Assembly (NCBI RefSeq): GCF_001949145.1
Contig: NW_019091356.1
Location: forward strand, 2,049,310 to 2,069,309
Direction of reading: 5' to 3'
DNA: 20,000 bases
From: Acanthaster planci
Taxonomy: Eukaryota
Under the pieces are notes generated by a model. It did not search any database, was not told the origin of the DNA, and saw only the letters and a program-made list of their open reading frames with translations. Positions within the stretch are counted from its first letter, which is position 1. Every line of letters begins with the position of its first letter. Shown one piece after another: positions 1 to 11,383 of the stretch. A program made the translations under genes and the position numbers.

Positions 1-407
1 TTTGATAATCTAACTGTATTTTTTGTGTGTGAACTTTCAGAGAAAAAAAGAGGAATTTACTGTAGCATTGTATATAATTGCTCAAAAGAAAATAAATATA
101 AGAGATGTTTAATGTCTTCCTCTTATATGAATCCACATATTCATACTTATGTATGAATTTTCAACCATAAACTCTCAGGAAAGTTTGTAAAACGTTTCTA
201 GCCTTTATTAAGGAACTTCCAAGACACTTTGGAAAGGTGATAATGAAATGGACCCCCTTCCCAAGAGGAAGATTGTCTTTTTTTGTTATTTTTTTAAAGT
301 AAATTTCAATTAGGGAAGGGGTGGCCCCTCGTGTACATGTTCACTCACATGCCTTTGTGCACCACTTAATTGGGAGCGCAGCTTTTGTCAAAGTAATCCC
401 AAAGACA

Positions 408-466
408 TTAACCCTAACAGTCCTCAGTCCTCTAACAGGTGAAGGATTGAGGACTCTTAGGGTTAA
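408..466. mobile_element. Tiny inverted-repeat element with piggyBac-like ends (TTAA|CCCT...AGGG|TTAA)
   Basis: 406-431 CATTAACCCTAACAGTCCTCAGTCCT pairs with 443-468 at 24/26, with an 11-nt loop. TTAA lies at 408-411 and 463-466, and the termini are CCC/GGG as in piggyBac elements. The family assignment is inference. Confidence 0.5.
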
Positions 467-1379
467 TGCTTCCAAGTTGGATTTTTCACTACTTCAAAAT
501 GAAGTTCTGAAGAGGTACATGTACCTACACAGGTTTTTTTTTTTTATTTCTACATTTCACCACCAAAATATACCTGAACAGAAAGAGGCTACAAATTAAA
601 AATCTCATCTAGATACTAGATTATCAAACAATAAGTCACCATTACTAACCAAGGTCAATTTTCAGTCCCAAGAACCTTACCGGGAACATGTCCATGTTCT
701 TCTGTACTGTGGGTCGTATTGTACCAAATAGGTCATTCGCACTTTCTAGGAACAATGAAAAAGGGACAAATCACATTTTATGTTAATTAGTGTGGCCCAT
801 ATCAGTAGTAGTACATGTACATGACCCTGGTTGATACAAAATTATATCAAATGTTGAATAGTGGCAGAAAGTATGCATGGGAAGCAGATTTTTTTGGGGG
901 CGGGCTTTTCTAAGTAAAGAAAGAACTCAAAGTAGCAGGCTCAGGAACAGTGATGGGGCTCTTTTTTCAGATATTCCAATGAAAACAGGCAACCCCACAG
1001 GACATTTTGCCATGCTGTACATTCTTTTTCTGGGGGGGTGGGTCACTTTTCAAAGAGGGAGTACCCCCTCTCTGGCATAATGTACAGACCTGAAAGGAAA
1101 TGTGCATATCCTCAAATATTTTACACCTATGTTGCAAAATACCCAGCATGTTTCATTAATTGCTTTGGGGGGGTCAACAGAGCACTAACAGGGTCCAATG
1201 CAAATTTTAATCAGTTTTCCCTAGCGATCTAACTTTGCTCACACAAGTGAATCAAGGAATAAGGTGTACAGCTTGTCAATGGTCAGTGAAAAATGATATG
1301 AAAATAAATGCTACCAAAACCCAAGAACTGTTGATATGCTTCTGTAAAGACTTGCCCCATGCTGCTATTTGGCCAAACA

Positions 1380-2378
1380 AACTCTGTAGAGGAAAAACCC
1401 GTAGCACGCGTTAGTCCAGCTAAAATTCCTGGCATAATTCTCTCCTTTGATTTAACTTGGAACGCACATGTCAACTACATGTAAACTGCCTGTAAAAGAC
1501 TGTATATGCTGTACCAACCTATGCGTGCTGGAATTAATCAGAGTGATTTGTTAACAATTTACAAGTCTATGATAAAACCTGTTCTGGAGTATGCTTGTCA
1601 AATGTGGCACAGTAGTTTACACAAATATCTGAGTGATAAGATTGAAAGTGTCCACAGACGAGCTCTGAAGTCAATAAAACCAGGTCAAGACTACAATTAA
1701 GAGGACCCTGCGTCTAGTTAATATGCAAACTCTCAGTGAAAGATGCAGTAAACTTTGTAAGTCACACTTCAGTCAACTCAAGAAAACTGATTTCCCCACC
1801 TCCTGCTTGAGCCTTGTGTAATGAGCCATGCACTGAGATCCGCCCCTGAATACTCAAATGCCCTCAAACCCAAACAGGTTTAAGAATTCGCTTATTCCCC
1901 GGTGCTTCTTCAATCATTAGTTCCTTCTACCAATCTAATTTTGGTCTAATGATCCTCCTGCTGTGTATATACTGGCACCTGCAACAAGTTTTAAAACTAA
2001 GTAAGCATATTTTAATTTTATTCCAGATTTTGAGATTTGTTTGGCTTTTTTTCTAATGATTTATTTATTTATATCCTCATTTTTGTAATTTTGGTTTTAA
2101 GTTTATTTGTTAGTGTTTTATCAGTAATTTTGATGTTTCTGAATGTTGTTGAGTTAGGTTTCTGAGGCTGTCCTGGTGATCTTGTGTTTGATGTATCTCT
2201 TATTATCATAGTGCAATTTTATGTGATTCTTTTGGCTTACCATATTTAAGAATTTAGTGTAAATTTTCCTGGTCTTTTTTCAAACAAAGTATGTATTTTA
2301 GCATCTTAATTTTAACAAGTGTACAATCCAATCAAATTATCAATCAATCAATCAATCAATCAAAATCAATCAATCAAT
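1380..2378 (+). mobile_element. 5'-truncated, decayed non-LTR retrotransposon (CR1/L2 group): ORF2 C-terminus, 3'UTR and (CAAT)n tail
   Basis: The frame from 1380 reads ...AKIPGIILSFDLTWNAHVNYM*TACKRLYML...IYKSMIKPVLEYACQMWH...IESVHRRAL. This is the typical post-RT region of CR1/L2-like ORF2 (LGV.I..DL.W..H / KRLY.L / RPVLEYA..VW). Stops at 1482 and 1698; further remnants such as RFKNSLIP near 1880-1900; ends in a CAAT microsatellite. Confidence 0.85.
2324..2378 (+). repeat. (CAAT)n imperfect microsatellite, probable LINE 3' tail
   Basis: Tandem CAAT units directly visible downstream of the LINE remnant. Confidence 0.9.
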
Positions 2379-2882
2379 GAGCCTGAGATGGTGTCAGTGC
2401 AGCACAATGGCACCCATGCTTGTACATCACGTTGCTAGTGTCAGGTTTGCTTGCATTTTGCTATATCCCAATACTCCAAGCAGCATAAGGACACTTACAT
2501 GCCATCTAAACGAGGTCATGTTGCTAGACAATTCGATATCGCAGTTTATTTACTAAGCCCAATGCAAACCTGTCCATGTGCAGTGGACCATCTCGTCTGC
2601 TCTCCAATGCCATATAAATGCATGCAGAGTTCAAAATCCGCTGTTTGAGCCAGTGTAATGGTAGACAAAAATAGCCTTGGGATTTTACGCAGTGGAAAAC
2701 CAACTATGCATACACCTGTGTGGACAGTGGCTATGCACATGTACAATGTATAGTAATATCCCGTACTGTATGAGTGCTTCTTTGTAAATTTACTTCCCCG
2801 TATGAGTCACACGAGAGACAGTGATATCCTTCAAATGTGAGGAATTTGTCAAGATTTTCATCATTTTTCTTTGCAAAGAGAG

Positions 2883-3276
2883 GTGAGTATACCTAGATAT
2901 GTTAAAGTTTCAAAAATTAATTCATATCCAGTGTCATTTTGAACACTATTTAGCAAAAAGGCCAACTCCCACACTAGGAAGCTTTCATATATTTTAGTAC
3001 ATTCACTTCAGAAATATTTGGTTTAATATCTTCACCACTCCATATGTAAAGGCTTCTGTGACTTGGAATAAATTTGCAGTTAAATGATGGTGTGTCACAT
3101 TTGTTTTTCTCTCATACTGTTTTATCACAAAACTGTTGCAGTGTATGGATATTTAGAATACATTTTCGTAGTTGTGCCATCATTGTCACATGTTTATAGG
3201 TTGACATGGTGGAGCTGTTTTTGAGCTATTGATATAATTTTTCCCTTAAAAAAGTACATTGTCTACAACTTTGCAG
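2883..3276 (+). other. Predicted 5'-UTR intron of TRIM copy A
   Basis: Donor GAG|GTGAGT at 2883 and acceptor TTTGCAG| at 3276, 15 nt before the ATG. The donor context TTGCAAAGAGAG|GTGAGTA and the 15-nt spacing are the same in copy B. Confidence 0.75.
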
Positions 3277-3291
3277 GTGCACACCTAGAAG

Positions 3292-5145
3292 ATGGCTGCC
3301 ACAGTGACTGCAGAGTCGGTTTGGGAAAAGATTATCCAACGTCGTCTAGAATGCTCCATCTGCCGCGCCCGTTATCAAGAGCCCAAGATGCTGAACTGCA
3401 CACACAGTTTCTGTCTCAGATGCCTCCAAGATATAAACCAGACACATGGTCCCAACACCAACAAGCTCACGTGTCCACTATGCCAGAGAGAAACCATTAT
3501 TCCCGAGGGTGGCATAACTGACTTGATAAGCAATTACGACCTAGTTGCTCTGTTAGCAGATGTGACCAAACAGGAGCAGTTCCTACAAAGAGATGCGACA
3601 AAGGTCATGTGTCAGGGATGTGACGAGGGCAATGAGGCAATATCCCACTGTATGGACTGTGGGCATTATCTCTGCCAAGAGTGTAAGAAGGCACATCAGC
3701 GGCTGGCTGCACTGCGAACCCACAAACTGACATCTCTGGCAGAACTGAGTGATGAAACAATGACAAAGCCTGTATCAACTAAAGGCTATGTCTCTAAATG
3801 TGACAGCCATCCTGGTCAGGAACTCTGCTTCTACTGCAATCCGTGTGAGCAGCTAATCTGCAAAGTTTGTTCCACTTCTAGCCACAGAGAGCCCGCACAC
3901 AGCTTCGTCAACTTCAAGACTGCCACTGACATCTGCCTGAATCGTGCCCGTGAACTGACATTCCATGTCTTCAAATTTAACTCAGCCAAAGCTGCCACCC
4001 AAATTCCAACCAACTGGGAGTCCTCTCGCAAAAGACTGAGCATGATGCTGGCTCAAACCAAACGACAGATTTGTCAGAAGGCTGAGATGGAGGTGGCCAA
4101 GATCAGGCAGAAGGAGAGACAACTTCTCCAGCAGGCACAACTGGTCTTCGGGAGAAGGGACAAGACACTTGCCGAACTCGTACTTGCAGAGCACACTATG
4201 AAGATGGTGCACACGAACATGACAGAGGCCAGCCAGCTGGACATCTTGAAACTCCGGGAAAAGCTCCTACACAGCCACAAGGATGTGATCACGGAGCCAA
4301 CTGACGACTTGACCCCCGAACTCTCCTTCATCAGCTTTGCAGAGAATCAGACAGAGGTTGACATTGGAAATATGCTGCTGAAAGAAAAGTGGACAGTGAT
4401 GAGTAGCTCTAATATCACTGGAGAACTGATTGCGTCACTCTCCACAAATGACACAGTGGTGGTTAACAAAGGCCAACAGAAGCTGACAAAGCTGAGTCCA
4501 GATGGCAAGATCCTTCACGTCTGCCCAATCAGCCAACTGCAGGGTGAGGATCCAGGGGCAGTAAGGCGGCCTGTTGATTTTGAAGTCAACAAAGATGACC
4601 AGTTAATTATCCTGTTTGAATCTGCCGTCAAGATCTTCAACAAGGAATACCAGCTTCTTCACCAGTTCTCACCGAGCAAGGAGGCGGACACTGACGGCAC
4701 GCCATCATGCCTAGCAGTGGATGGCAACAATCTGATAGCAGTGGGCTACAAGGATAAGGAACGCATCTCTCTCCACAACCCAGACGGATCCTTCATCAGG
4801 ACACTGCCTTCTCCTGCAATTGGTAGCTACATGACTATCAGCACGCAGAGGATCATCTACACCAATACCTACACCAAACAGCTCATATCAGTCGATTATG
4901 AGGGCAATGAGAAATTCAGGGAGCAAATATACCAAGGGCAGGTGCCCCGTGGAGTGTGCTGCGATGAGGCTGGAGATATCTACATCATAACTGAATCTTA
5001 CTGCTTATATCATTACAGTTCAGAGGGCAAGTACATTGAAACTCTGGTCCGAGATCTGCGTGACCATAATGACATCAAGTTCACCTCTAAGGGTCAGTTA
5101 GCAATGACTGGCCCATCATCAACAAGAATATACCATCGTATTTAA
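3292..5145 (+). CDS. Tripartite-motif (RBCC) E3 ubiquitin ligase with C-terminal NHL-like beta-propeller, TRIM56/TRIM2/3/71-like; copy A, 617 aa
   Basis: C3HC4 RING (CSIC...CTHSFCLRC...CPLC), B-box1 (CQGC...CMDC...LCQECKKAH...H), B-box2 (CDSH...FYCNPCEQLICKVC...H), helical coiled coil, then propeller-type repeats (PSCLAVDGNNLIAV, PRGVCCDEAGDIYI). Single uninterrupted ORF. Confidence 0.95.
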   Translation: MAATVTAESVWEKIIQRRLECSICRARYQEPKMLNCTHSFCLRCLQDINQTHGPNTNKLTCPLCQRETIIPEGGITDLISNYDLVALLADVTKQEQFLQRDATKVMCQGCDEGNEAISHCMDCGHYLCQECKKAHQRLAALRTHKLTSLAELSDETMTKPVSTKGYVSKCDSHPGQELCFYCNPCEQLICKVCSTSSHREPAHSFVNFKTATDICLNRARELTFHVFKFNSAKAATQIPTNWESSRKRLSMMLAQTKRQICQKAEMEVAKIRQKERQLLQQAQLVFGRRDKTLAELVLAEHTMKMVHTNMTEASQLDILKLREKLLHSHKDVITEPTDDLTPELSFISFAENQTEVDIGNMLLKEKWTVMSSSNITGELIASLSTNDTVVVNKGQQKLTKLSPDGKILHVCPISQLQGEDPGAVRRPVDFEVNKDDQLIILFESAVKIFNKEYQLLHQFSPSKEADTDGTPSCLAVDGNNLIAVGYKDKERISLHNPDGSFIRTLPSPAIGSYMTISTQRIIYTNTYTKQLISVDYEGNEKFREQIYQGQVPRGVCCDEAGDIYIITESYCLYHYSSEGKYIETLVRDLRDHNDIKFTSKGQLAMTGPSSTRIYHRI

Positions 5146-5189
5146 AATGAGAAGCATAAGATACGTACGCTTGGACAAATTATGTACTC

Positions 5190-5435
5190 GGGTAATTCCA
5201 GAAATTAGGGGTCCAAAAGTGTGACATTTTTGTGTCCCTGTTACATCTGACCTTTGTTATTTGACATGGAAATGTTACCAGAATTGATTTCAAACTATTA
5301 CTATTTCTTTTGCAGGCAATTTGCATTAATTCATCACTCTTGGAAATTAGAAACTGTGTTCTGAACTTACAAAATCATACGTCAGATGTGACAGGGACAC
5401 GAAAAAAAATGGTCCCCTAATTTCTGGAATTACCC
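5190..5435. mobile_element. MITE-like element with terminal inverted repeats in the probable 3'UTR of TRIM A
   Basis: Perfect 22-bp TIR GGGTAATTCCAGAAATTAGGGG (5190-5211 / 5414-5435) and an inner 19/20 IR (5232-5251 / 5381-5400). Non-coding; no clear TSD. Confidence 0.8.
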
Positions 5436-5520
5436 ACATGTATTACGTTTTTACCAAATTGTACTTTGACGTCACACTCACATTCCAAAAATGTAACTGA
5501 AAAGTCATTTGTATAAAGCA

Positions 5521-5526
5521 AATAAA
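5521..5526 (+). terminator. Candidate polyadenylation signal of TRIM A
   Basis: AATAAA about 375 nt after the stop codon; motif evidence only. Confidence 0.35.
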
Positions 5527-5564
5527 ATGATTAATTGGATGGAAGAAACCAATACCCTCCCAAA

Positions 5565-5901
5565 TAAGTCATTTGCGAGTTAAATTTGAAAAATCTGGTG
5601 CACTGAGTTATAAATCTGACTGCACATAAACATAACAATTTGAACTCCCCATACTAAGACACTGTTGCTATACTTCGTGATTCGGGGCAAGCTTTTGCAC
5701 AGCGACCACCATCTCTGGAATGGACTGGTTGAGAACAGTGTATTGTTGCAAGGCGTCTCTTATGTAACTAAGCAAAAGCTTGCCCCGAATCATGAGGTAA
5801 AGCAACAGTGGTTTTAGGAAGAATTCCGGTTGTTATGTTCACGTGAATTTAAAGAATTCAGTGTACCAGATTTGGGTCAAAGTTAACTCGCAAAAGGCTT
5901 A
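5565..5901. mobile_element. Foldback/MITE element with ~130-bp imperfect inverted arms
   Basis: 5565-5698 aligns with the reverse complement of 5772-5901. The arms include a perfect 21-bp core TGATTCGGGGCAAGCTTTTGC (5678-5698 / 5772-5792), around a 73-nt spacer. Confidence 0.8.
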
Positions 5902-8254
5902 CTGGCCTGCCCTTGGAATTCAAAAACGCATACAGAGCTTTTCTACACTTTTTGGTTTGAAACTGACACGGATATAAAAATTGCTGTCTGCTTGTTTATT
6001 TGCAAAGAAACGACCTGACCAGAAATTGACAGAAAGAAGACATCAGATGACGGCAAAAGTATTCTTTAAAAAAAATCAAACAATGACATCAATTACAGCA
6101 GCCTTTATTAAAAAGAATTTATTTCTTGAAGAGTGCTAATAATACACAATTGCAAAACGTTTGTCAAAACAGTATTTGCTTGGATAATCCTAGTTGAACC
6201 ATTGTTGCAAAACTGCCTGGTCCCCCACATTCTTCCACTTTTGGCTGCAGTTTCCTTGCTGCTTTCCATGGTTACCGCAATTTTGCCAAACGAACAGCCC
6301 AATGGTCTGGTTACAAAAGCTGACTAGGCTAGATAAACCATATTGTATATCAGTGATATTGGTTACTAATGTTAACAGTTACCGTCAAACTTGCTCAATC
6401 TGCCTCGAGCAGAAGCACCCCCTCATTGGTTGAAAAGAGCCATGTTGGTCAGGAGTGTTCATTTTGTTGGTAGCGATGGGACCGTAACACGTAGATTTCC
6501 TAGTTGTTTGTGGAAGAGTGGAGGTGAATTCAGACCAAAGGAGCCTCTGCTGCTAAGGAAATTGTGTCCTCCAATTCGAGGCTCATGAGGTCAGAATGTG
6601 ATTTGTTTGTGTGTCAAACACATACAAAGTACCTGAAGGTCTGCCTTTTGCATGATGATTTCACTTGAGCAAGCTGTTCATTTTAAATGACCAACAGACA
6701 AATGTTGTCCATTTAATCATAATTAAAATAAACTAAATGTTATGAAACACCGTCATAAATTCATACACAAAAACACCCCCGTGAAACCCAGTTGCCTATA
6801 CAAAACAAATATTACATACAGCTGAAGATTACTGACAGAATGCATCACAATGTGGTCAGACTATTGTGCCAATAAACTGACTACAGATGGACTGAATATT
6901 AAAAGATCTTGTCTTGCACCATGTCTGGTCACTGAGCGACACATGTATACTTTCTTGATAAGGGAAATTGAAAGCTGATGTATTACAGTCATTAAAAATG
7001 TATCTTCCTGTTTTGCCAAGACAGAAAATAAAGACCAACTGTACAGGAGATTATTTGGGTTGTTGTCTTATTAACTACCTTGCTCTAGCAAGAATTTTTA
7101 GCTGGCCAAGCCCAACATTGTTTTGTCTGACATATCTGACATGTCAAAAGTCCATTATGCTTGCACTGCAGACTGGCTCTGACTAAAGACAGTTCCTCCG
7201 CAAGCAGAGAGGAGACAGGCTGCTGGGTATAAATTTCAGCTTGACACACAGCGCATGTGCAAATTAAGACTGTACATTTCAACAAAAACTGGTTGTGTGT
7301 GCATGTGTCCTGCGCCAAAGGCAAAGGAACCTGTGCAGGTACACAGCATATGAGAGAATTGCATTCCAGTGCAAACAACAAAGCCATTTGCTCCTGCATA
7401 GCATGAATGATGCACAACTGGCATGCAGAGTGACACTGGAGATGTTGCCCATTATGCCCAGGAGGCGGGGCTTTACCTGATTGGACTGAATGGCCTACTA
7501 CATGAGAACGAATATGCAGCTAAATATAGTGATACATCACTCCACAGGGACCATAGCAATGATCATATATTCAGTCACTATCCAACAAGCCTACTTGAAT
7601 GATGTTGCTTTATTTACATAACCAATATCTGCAAGGTGCTAATATAAAGTTCTCTTCTTTATTCTGCATGTGTTTTTCCTTGAAAATAGTTCAATCAAAT
7701 GTCAACTTCTTCAAATTAAGTTCCTGAAAGAAATTGTTATTGCATTCACATAAGTGGATCAAACCAGGTCTATATATCTGTTGATGAACCACTTGATAAT
7801 GCCTTGTAACACCAATGCAAAGACACACTTTTTTTGTTAAATGTTCCACTATACATGTAGCTTACTGCATAAATAATCATGCATCTTTATGTGGTTTTAT
7901 CATTTTTCTCTACAGCAAACCTACATATACTGCATAATATTGTATTGTGGTTAACCTCCCAATAACCTTTTGGCAGTGGGCTGATTTGCCAAGTGCTCGT
8001 ACATTCATGAACCTACACTGGTCGACATGCAGTTCAAAGGCCACATGGCACCTAGCATAAAAATGAGTGATAAAAATAGACCCGGGGATTCACAGACGCG
8101 CAAAACATATACTGCTTCCGCATTTGTAAGTTGAGGATTGCATCTACTGCACCCAAAGGAATCACAGGGGAGTGTTCTACAACTCTCTTTGAATGTGAAG
8201 AATCACTAATAATATAGTTTCCTAATTTTTCTTGTTCTTTAATTGCAAAGAGAG

Positions 8255-8702
8255 GTGAGTACACAATGCTTCTTTTTAAAATAGATTTGTATTGCTGATG
8301 TTCCGAGCGTTGAGGCACTTTAATTTCCATGTTCAACTCCATTCTATCTCCGTTAAAACACTTTACACTGTTTGGTCTAATATTCCTTTCAAAGACATCA
8401 AAAGGTCATCTTTTGAATGGGCAACTTTCAGTTTTGAAGGAAACAAGCTATTGAATTCGTGACTCCATACTGCACAGCTGTTGTTACATGTATTGTTGTA
8501 CAGAAAAGCAATAGTGAAAGGCTTATAACCATTCAGATGTTGCCATGCATTTAAGCATTGCATCACTGTTTCCAATGTCTCTGAGCTTTCCGTTCTGTTC
8601 TGTATTCTAACCCTTGTCACTTTTATACAGACAAAAAACTGAATCTTCCTAACATGTAACTGATACACTGATGTAGCAATTTGTTTCTCCTTTTCTCACT
8701 AG
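8255..8702 (+). other. Predicted 5'-UTR intron of TRIM copy B
   Basis: Donor GAG|GTGAGT at 8255; pyrimidine tract plus CTAG| acceptor at 8702, 15 nt before the ATG at 8718. Homologous in position to the copy A intron. Confidence 0.75.
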
Positions 8703-8717
8703 GCACACATCTGAAAG

Positions 8718-10568
8718 ATGGCAGCCGGTATGACAGTAGAGTCAGTTTTGGGTTCCATCATCCAGGGACACCTAGAATGTTCCATCTGCCACACCCGTTA
8801 CCAAGAGCCCAAGATGCTGCTCTGCTCACACAGTTTCTGTCTAAGATGTCTCCAAGAACTCAAGCAAACACAGAGTCCAAACACCAACAAACTCATATGC
8901 CCTCTGTGCCAGAGAGACACCACCTTGCCCAAGGGCGGCATGATGAAACTGAGCACCAACTACGCTCTGGTTGCTCTCATGGCAGACGTGACTAAACAGG
9001 AGCAGCTCTTGCAAAACGAAGAGGCTCAGGTAATGTGTCAGGCATGCGAAGAGGACAAGGAAGCGATATCCCGCTGTATGGACTGTGAGAATTATCTCTG
9101 CCAAGAATGTGAGAAAGCTCACCAGCGCTGGGCTGCACTGCGAACCCACAAATTAACATCACTTGCAGATCTGAACAAAGATTCATCAATCCAACCCGTT
9201 TCAACCAAAAGCTACATCTCTAAGTGTGACAGCCATCCTAGTCAGGAACTCTGCTTCTACTGCAACACCTGCGAGCAGCTGATCTGCAAAGTTTGTTCCA
9301 CATCCAGCCACAAAGAACCTGTACACAGCTTTGTCAACTTCAAGACTGCGATAGACATTTGCTTGTACGGTGCCCGTGAACTGGTCTCCAATGTTGTCAA
9401 ATATAACTCCACCAATGCCGCCATTCAAATTCCAACAAACTGGGAGTCCTCTCGCAACAGATTGAGCATAATGCTGGCTCGAACCAAACAGCAGATTTCT
9501 CAAAAGGCTGAGATGGAGGTGGCCCAGATCAGACAGAAGGAGACCCAGCTTCTCCAACAGGCACATGTGGCATTCAGACGAAAGGACAAGAAACTTGCCG
9601 AGATGATATTTGCAGAGCACACAATGGGAAGAGTGCAGAGTGACATGACTGAGACTAATCGGTTGGACATCTTGAAACTGCGGCAAAAGCTTCTGCATGA
9701 CTACAAGGATGTCATCAAGGAACTCAGTGACGACTTGTCCCCGGAGCTCTCCTTCATCAGCTTTGCAGAGAATCAGACAGAGATTGAGCTTGGAAATCTG
9801 CTGCTCAAAGAAAAGTGGACAGTGATGAGTAACACTAATATCACTGGAGAACTGATTGCGTCACTCTCCACAAATGACACAGTGGTGGTCAACGAAGGCC
9901 AACAGAAGCTGACAAAGCTGAGTCCAGATTGCAAGATCCTTCACATCTGCCCAATCAGCCAACTGCAGGGTGAGGATCCCAGTGCCGTAAAGCTTTCTGT
10001 TAATTTTGAAGTCAACAAAGACAACCAGTTCATCATTCTGTTTGAGTCTGATGTCAAGATCTTCAACAAGGAATACCAGCTTCTCCACCAGTTCTCACCA
10101 GGCAAAGAGGCAGATATCGAAGGCACTCCCACATGTCTTGCTGTGGATGACAACAATCTGATAGCAGTGGGCTACAAGGACAAGGAGTTTATATCTCTTC
10201 ACAACTCAGATGGATCTTTCATTAGGACACTGCCTGCTCCAGCGATCGAGAGCTACATGACCATCAGCAATCGGTGTATCATTTACACCAATGCTTCCAC
10301 CAAACAACTCACATCAGTTGATTATGAGGGCAATAAGAGATTCGTGGTGCAAACTTATCAAGGGCAAGTCCCGCATGGGGTGTGCTGTGACAGAGCTGGG
10401 GATATCTACATCATCACTTCATCTAATCAAGTCAAACACTTCAGTGCAGAGGGCAAGTACATTGAAATTCTAGTCAGTGATTTGGACAGCCATCTCGACG
10501 TCAAGTTCACCCCTGGAGGTCAACTGGCTATGACTGGTCAATCAACCAGAATATATCGCAGAGTTTAA
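8718..10568 (+). CDS. Tripartite-motif (RBCC) E3 ubiquitin ligase with NHL-like propeller; copy B, 616 aa, tandem paralog of copy A
   Basis: Same domain motifs as copy A, with the zinc-ligand motifs retained. Collinear at an offset of 5426 nt and roughly 70-75% aa identical by eye. Confidence 0.95.
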   Translation: MAAGMTVESVLGSIIQGHLECSICHTRYQEPKMLLCSHSFCLRCLQELKQTQSPNTNKLICPLCQRDTTLPKGGMMKLSTNYALVALMADVTKQEQLLQNEEAQVMCQACEEDKEAISRCMDCENYLCQECEKAHQRWAALRTHKLTSLADLNKDSSIQPVSTKSYISKCDSHPSQELCFYCNTCEQLICKVCSTSSHKEPVHSFVNFKTAIDICLYGARELVSNVVKYNSTNAAIQIPTNWESSRNRLSIMLARTKQQISQKAEMEVAQIRQKETQLLQQAHVAFRRKDKKLAEMIFAEHTMGRVQSDMTETNRLDILKLRQKLLHDYKDVIKELSDDLSPELSFISFAENQTEIELGNLLLKEKWTVMSNTNITGELIASLSTNDTVVVNEGQQKLTKLSPDCKILHICPISQLQGEDPSAVKLSVNFEVNKDNQFIILFESDVKIFNKEYQLLHQFSPGKEADIEGTPTCLAVDDNNLIAVGYKDKEFISLHNSDGSFIRTLPAPAIESYMTISNRCIIYTNASTKQLTSVDYEGNKRFVVQTYQGQVPHGVCCDRAGDIYIITSSNQVKHFSAEGKYIEILVSDLDSHLDVKFTPGGQLAMTGQSTRIYRRV

Positions 10569-10683
10569 AACTAAAGCAATGATGGAAAACTTCCAACAAA
10601 TAATATGATTCTCATACTTGTCTGCTGTGCAAGTATGAAAGAAATTTTGTGATATTTGTATCAAAATTCATTCACAATTCAAA

Positions 10684-10689
10684 AATAAA
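10684..10689 (+). terminator. Candidate polyadenylation signal of TRIM B
   Basis: AATAAA about 115 nt after the stop codon; motif evidence only. Confidence 0.35.
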
Positions 10690-11383
10690 GCTTGAAAAAC
10701 CATGATGATCAGAGAAATTATTAAATTTTTGTTAAGTGCTGATGAGCTATAGGCAAAAATAGTCTGATCTAGTTCCAAGAAAACAGAGAAATGAACATGC
10801 TTAATCTTATTCAAGTTGATGCTAAAGCACTATCGAAAGATGACTTCCTGAAGGTTGCTAATTTATATGAAAGTAAGTAAACTAGGTAGAAAAAATCTAT
10901 GTAGAAAAATAGTGAAGTTATCTGCAAATAACAGCAATTGTTGGGTGAACATGCTCTTTAGTAATTAAAATTTGATGTATGATCACCAAAATAAGTGACA
11001 TTTCCATTGCAGGGCGAGGGAGAACAGAATGATAAAGTTTGTTCAGTTATCAGTGGAGATAATTGAAAGAAAAAGACACTGTTCTTCCTATAGAATGGAA
11101 ATAATCACTGTAACTGATTCCAGACAGAAATTTGCATGGATGCCTTGGCTAGGTTAGGAGCCCCTGACGTGGTTCAGGCTTTTACAACCTCCAGACTTGG
11201 CAGAGCCTCCAGTTTTAGTTCAAGGAATAACAGTTGCTCAGTGAAGCTTGAAGATGAACCAAACTGCGCTACCTTACAATTCAACAATCATATATCATCT
11301 GGAATACTAGGCAATTAGCCAAGTGGAATTTGTTGTAGTTTTAAAAGTTTGTACATATGCCATTAAATACCAAAAAAGTATGG

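Noticed and set aside
1506..1700. 64-aa ORF as a host gene
   Set aside because: It is a stop-bounded piece of the decayed LINE ORF2.
7462..7484. GC box plus reverse CCAAT (and an IRF-like GAAATTGAAA at 6964) as the TRIM B promoter
   Set aside because: Short motifs with no counterpart seen upstream of copy A; could occur by chance.
3321..10473. Short antisense and alternate-frame ORFs overlapping the TRIM genes, and small intergenic ORFs
   Set aside because: Shadow ORFs with no recognisable motifs and no consistent conservation between the paralogs.
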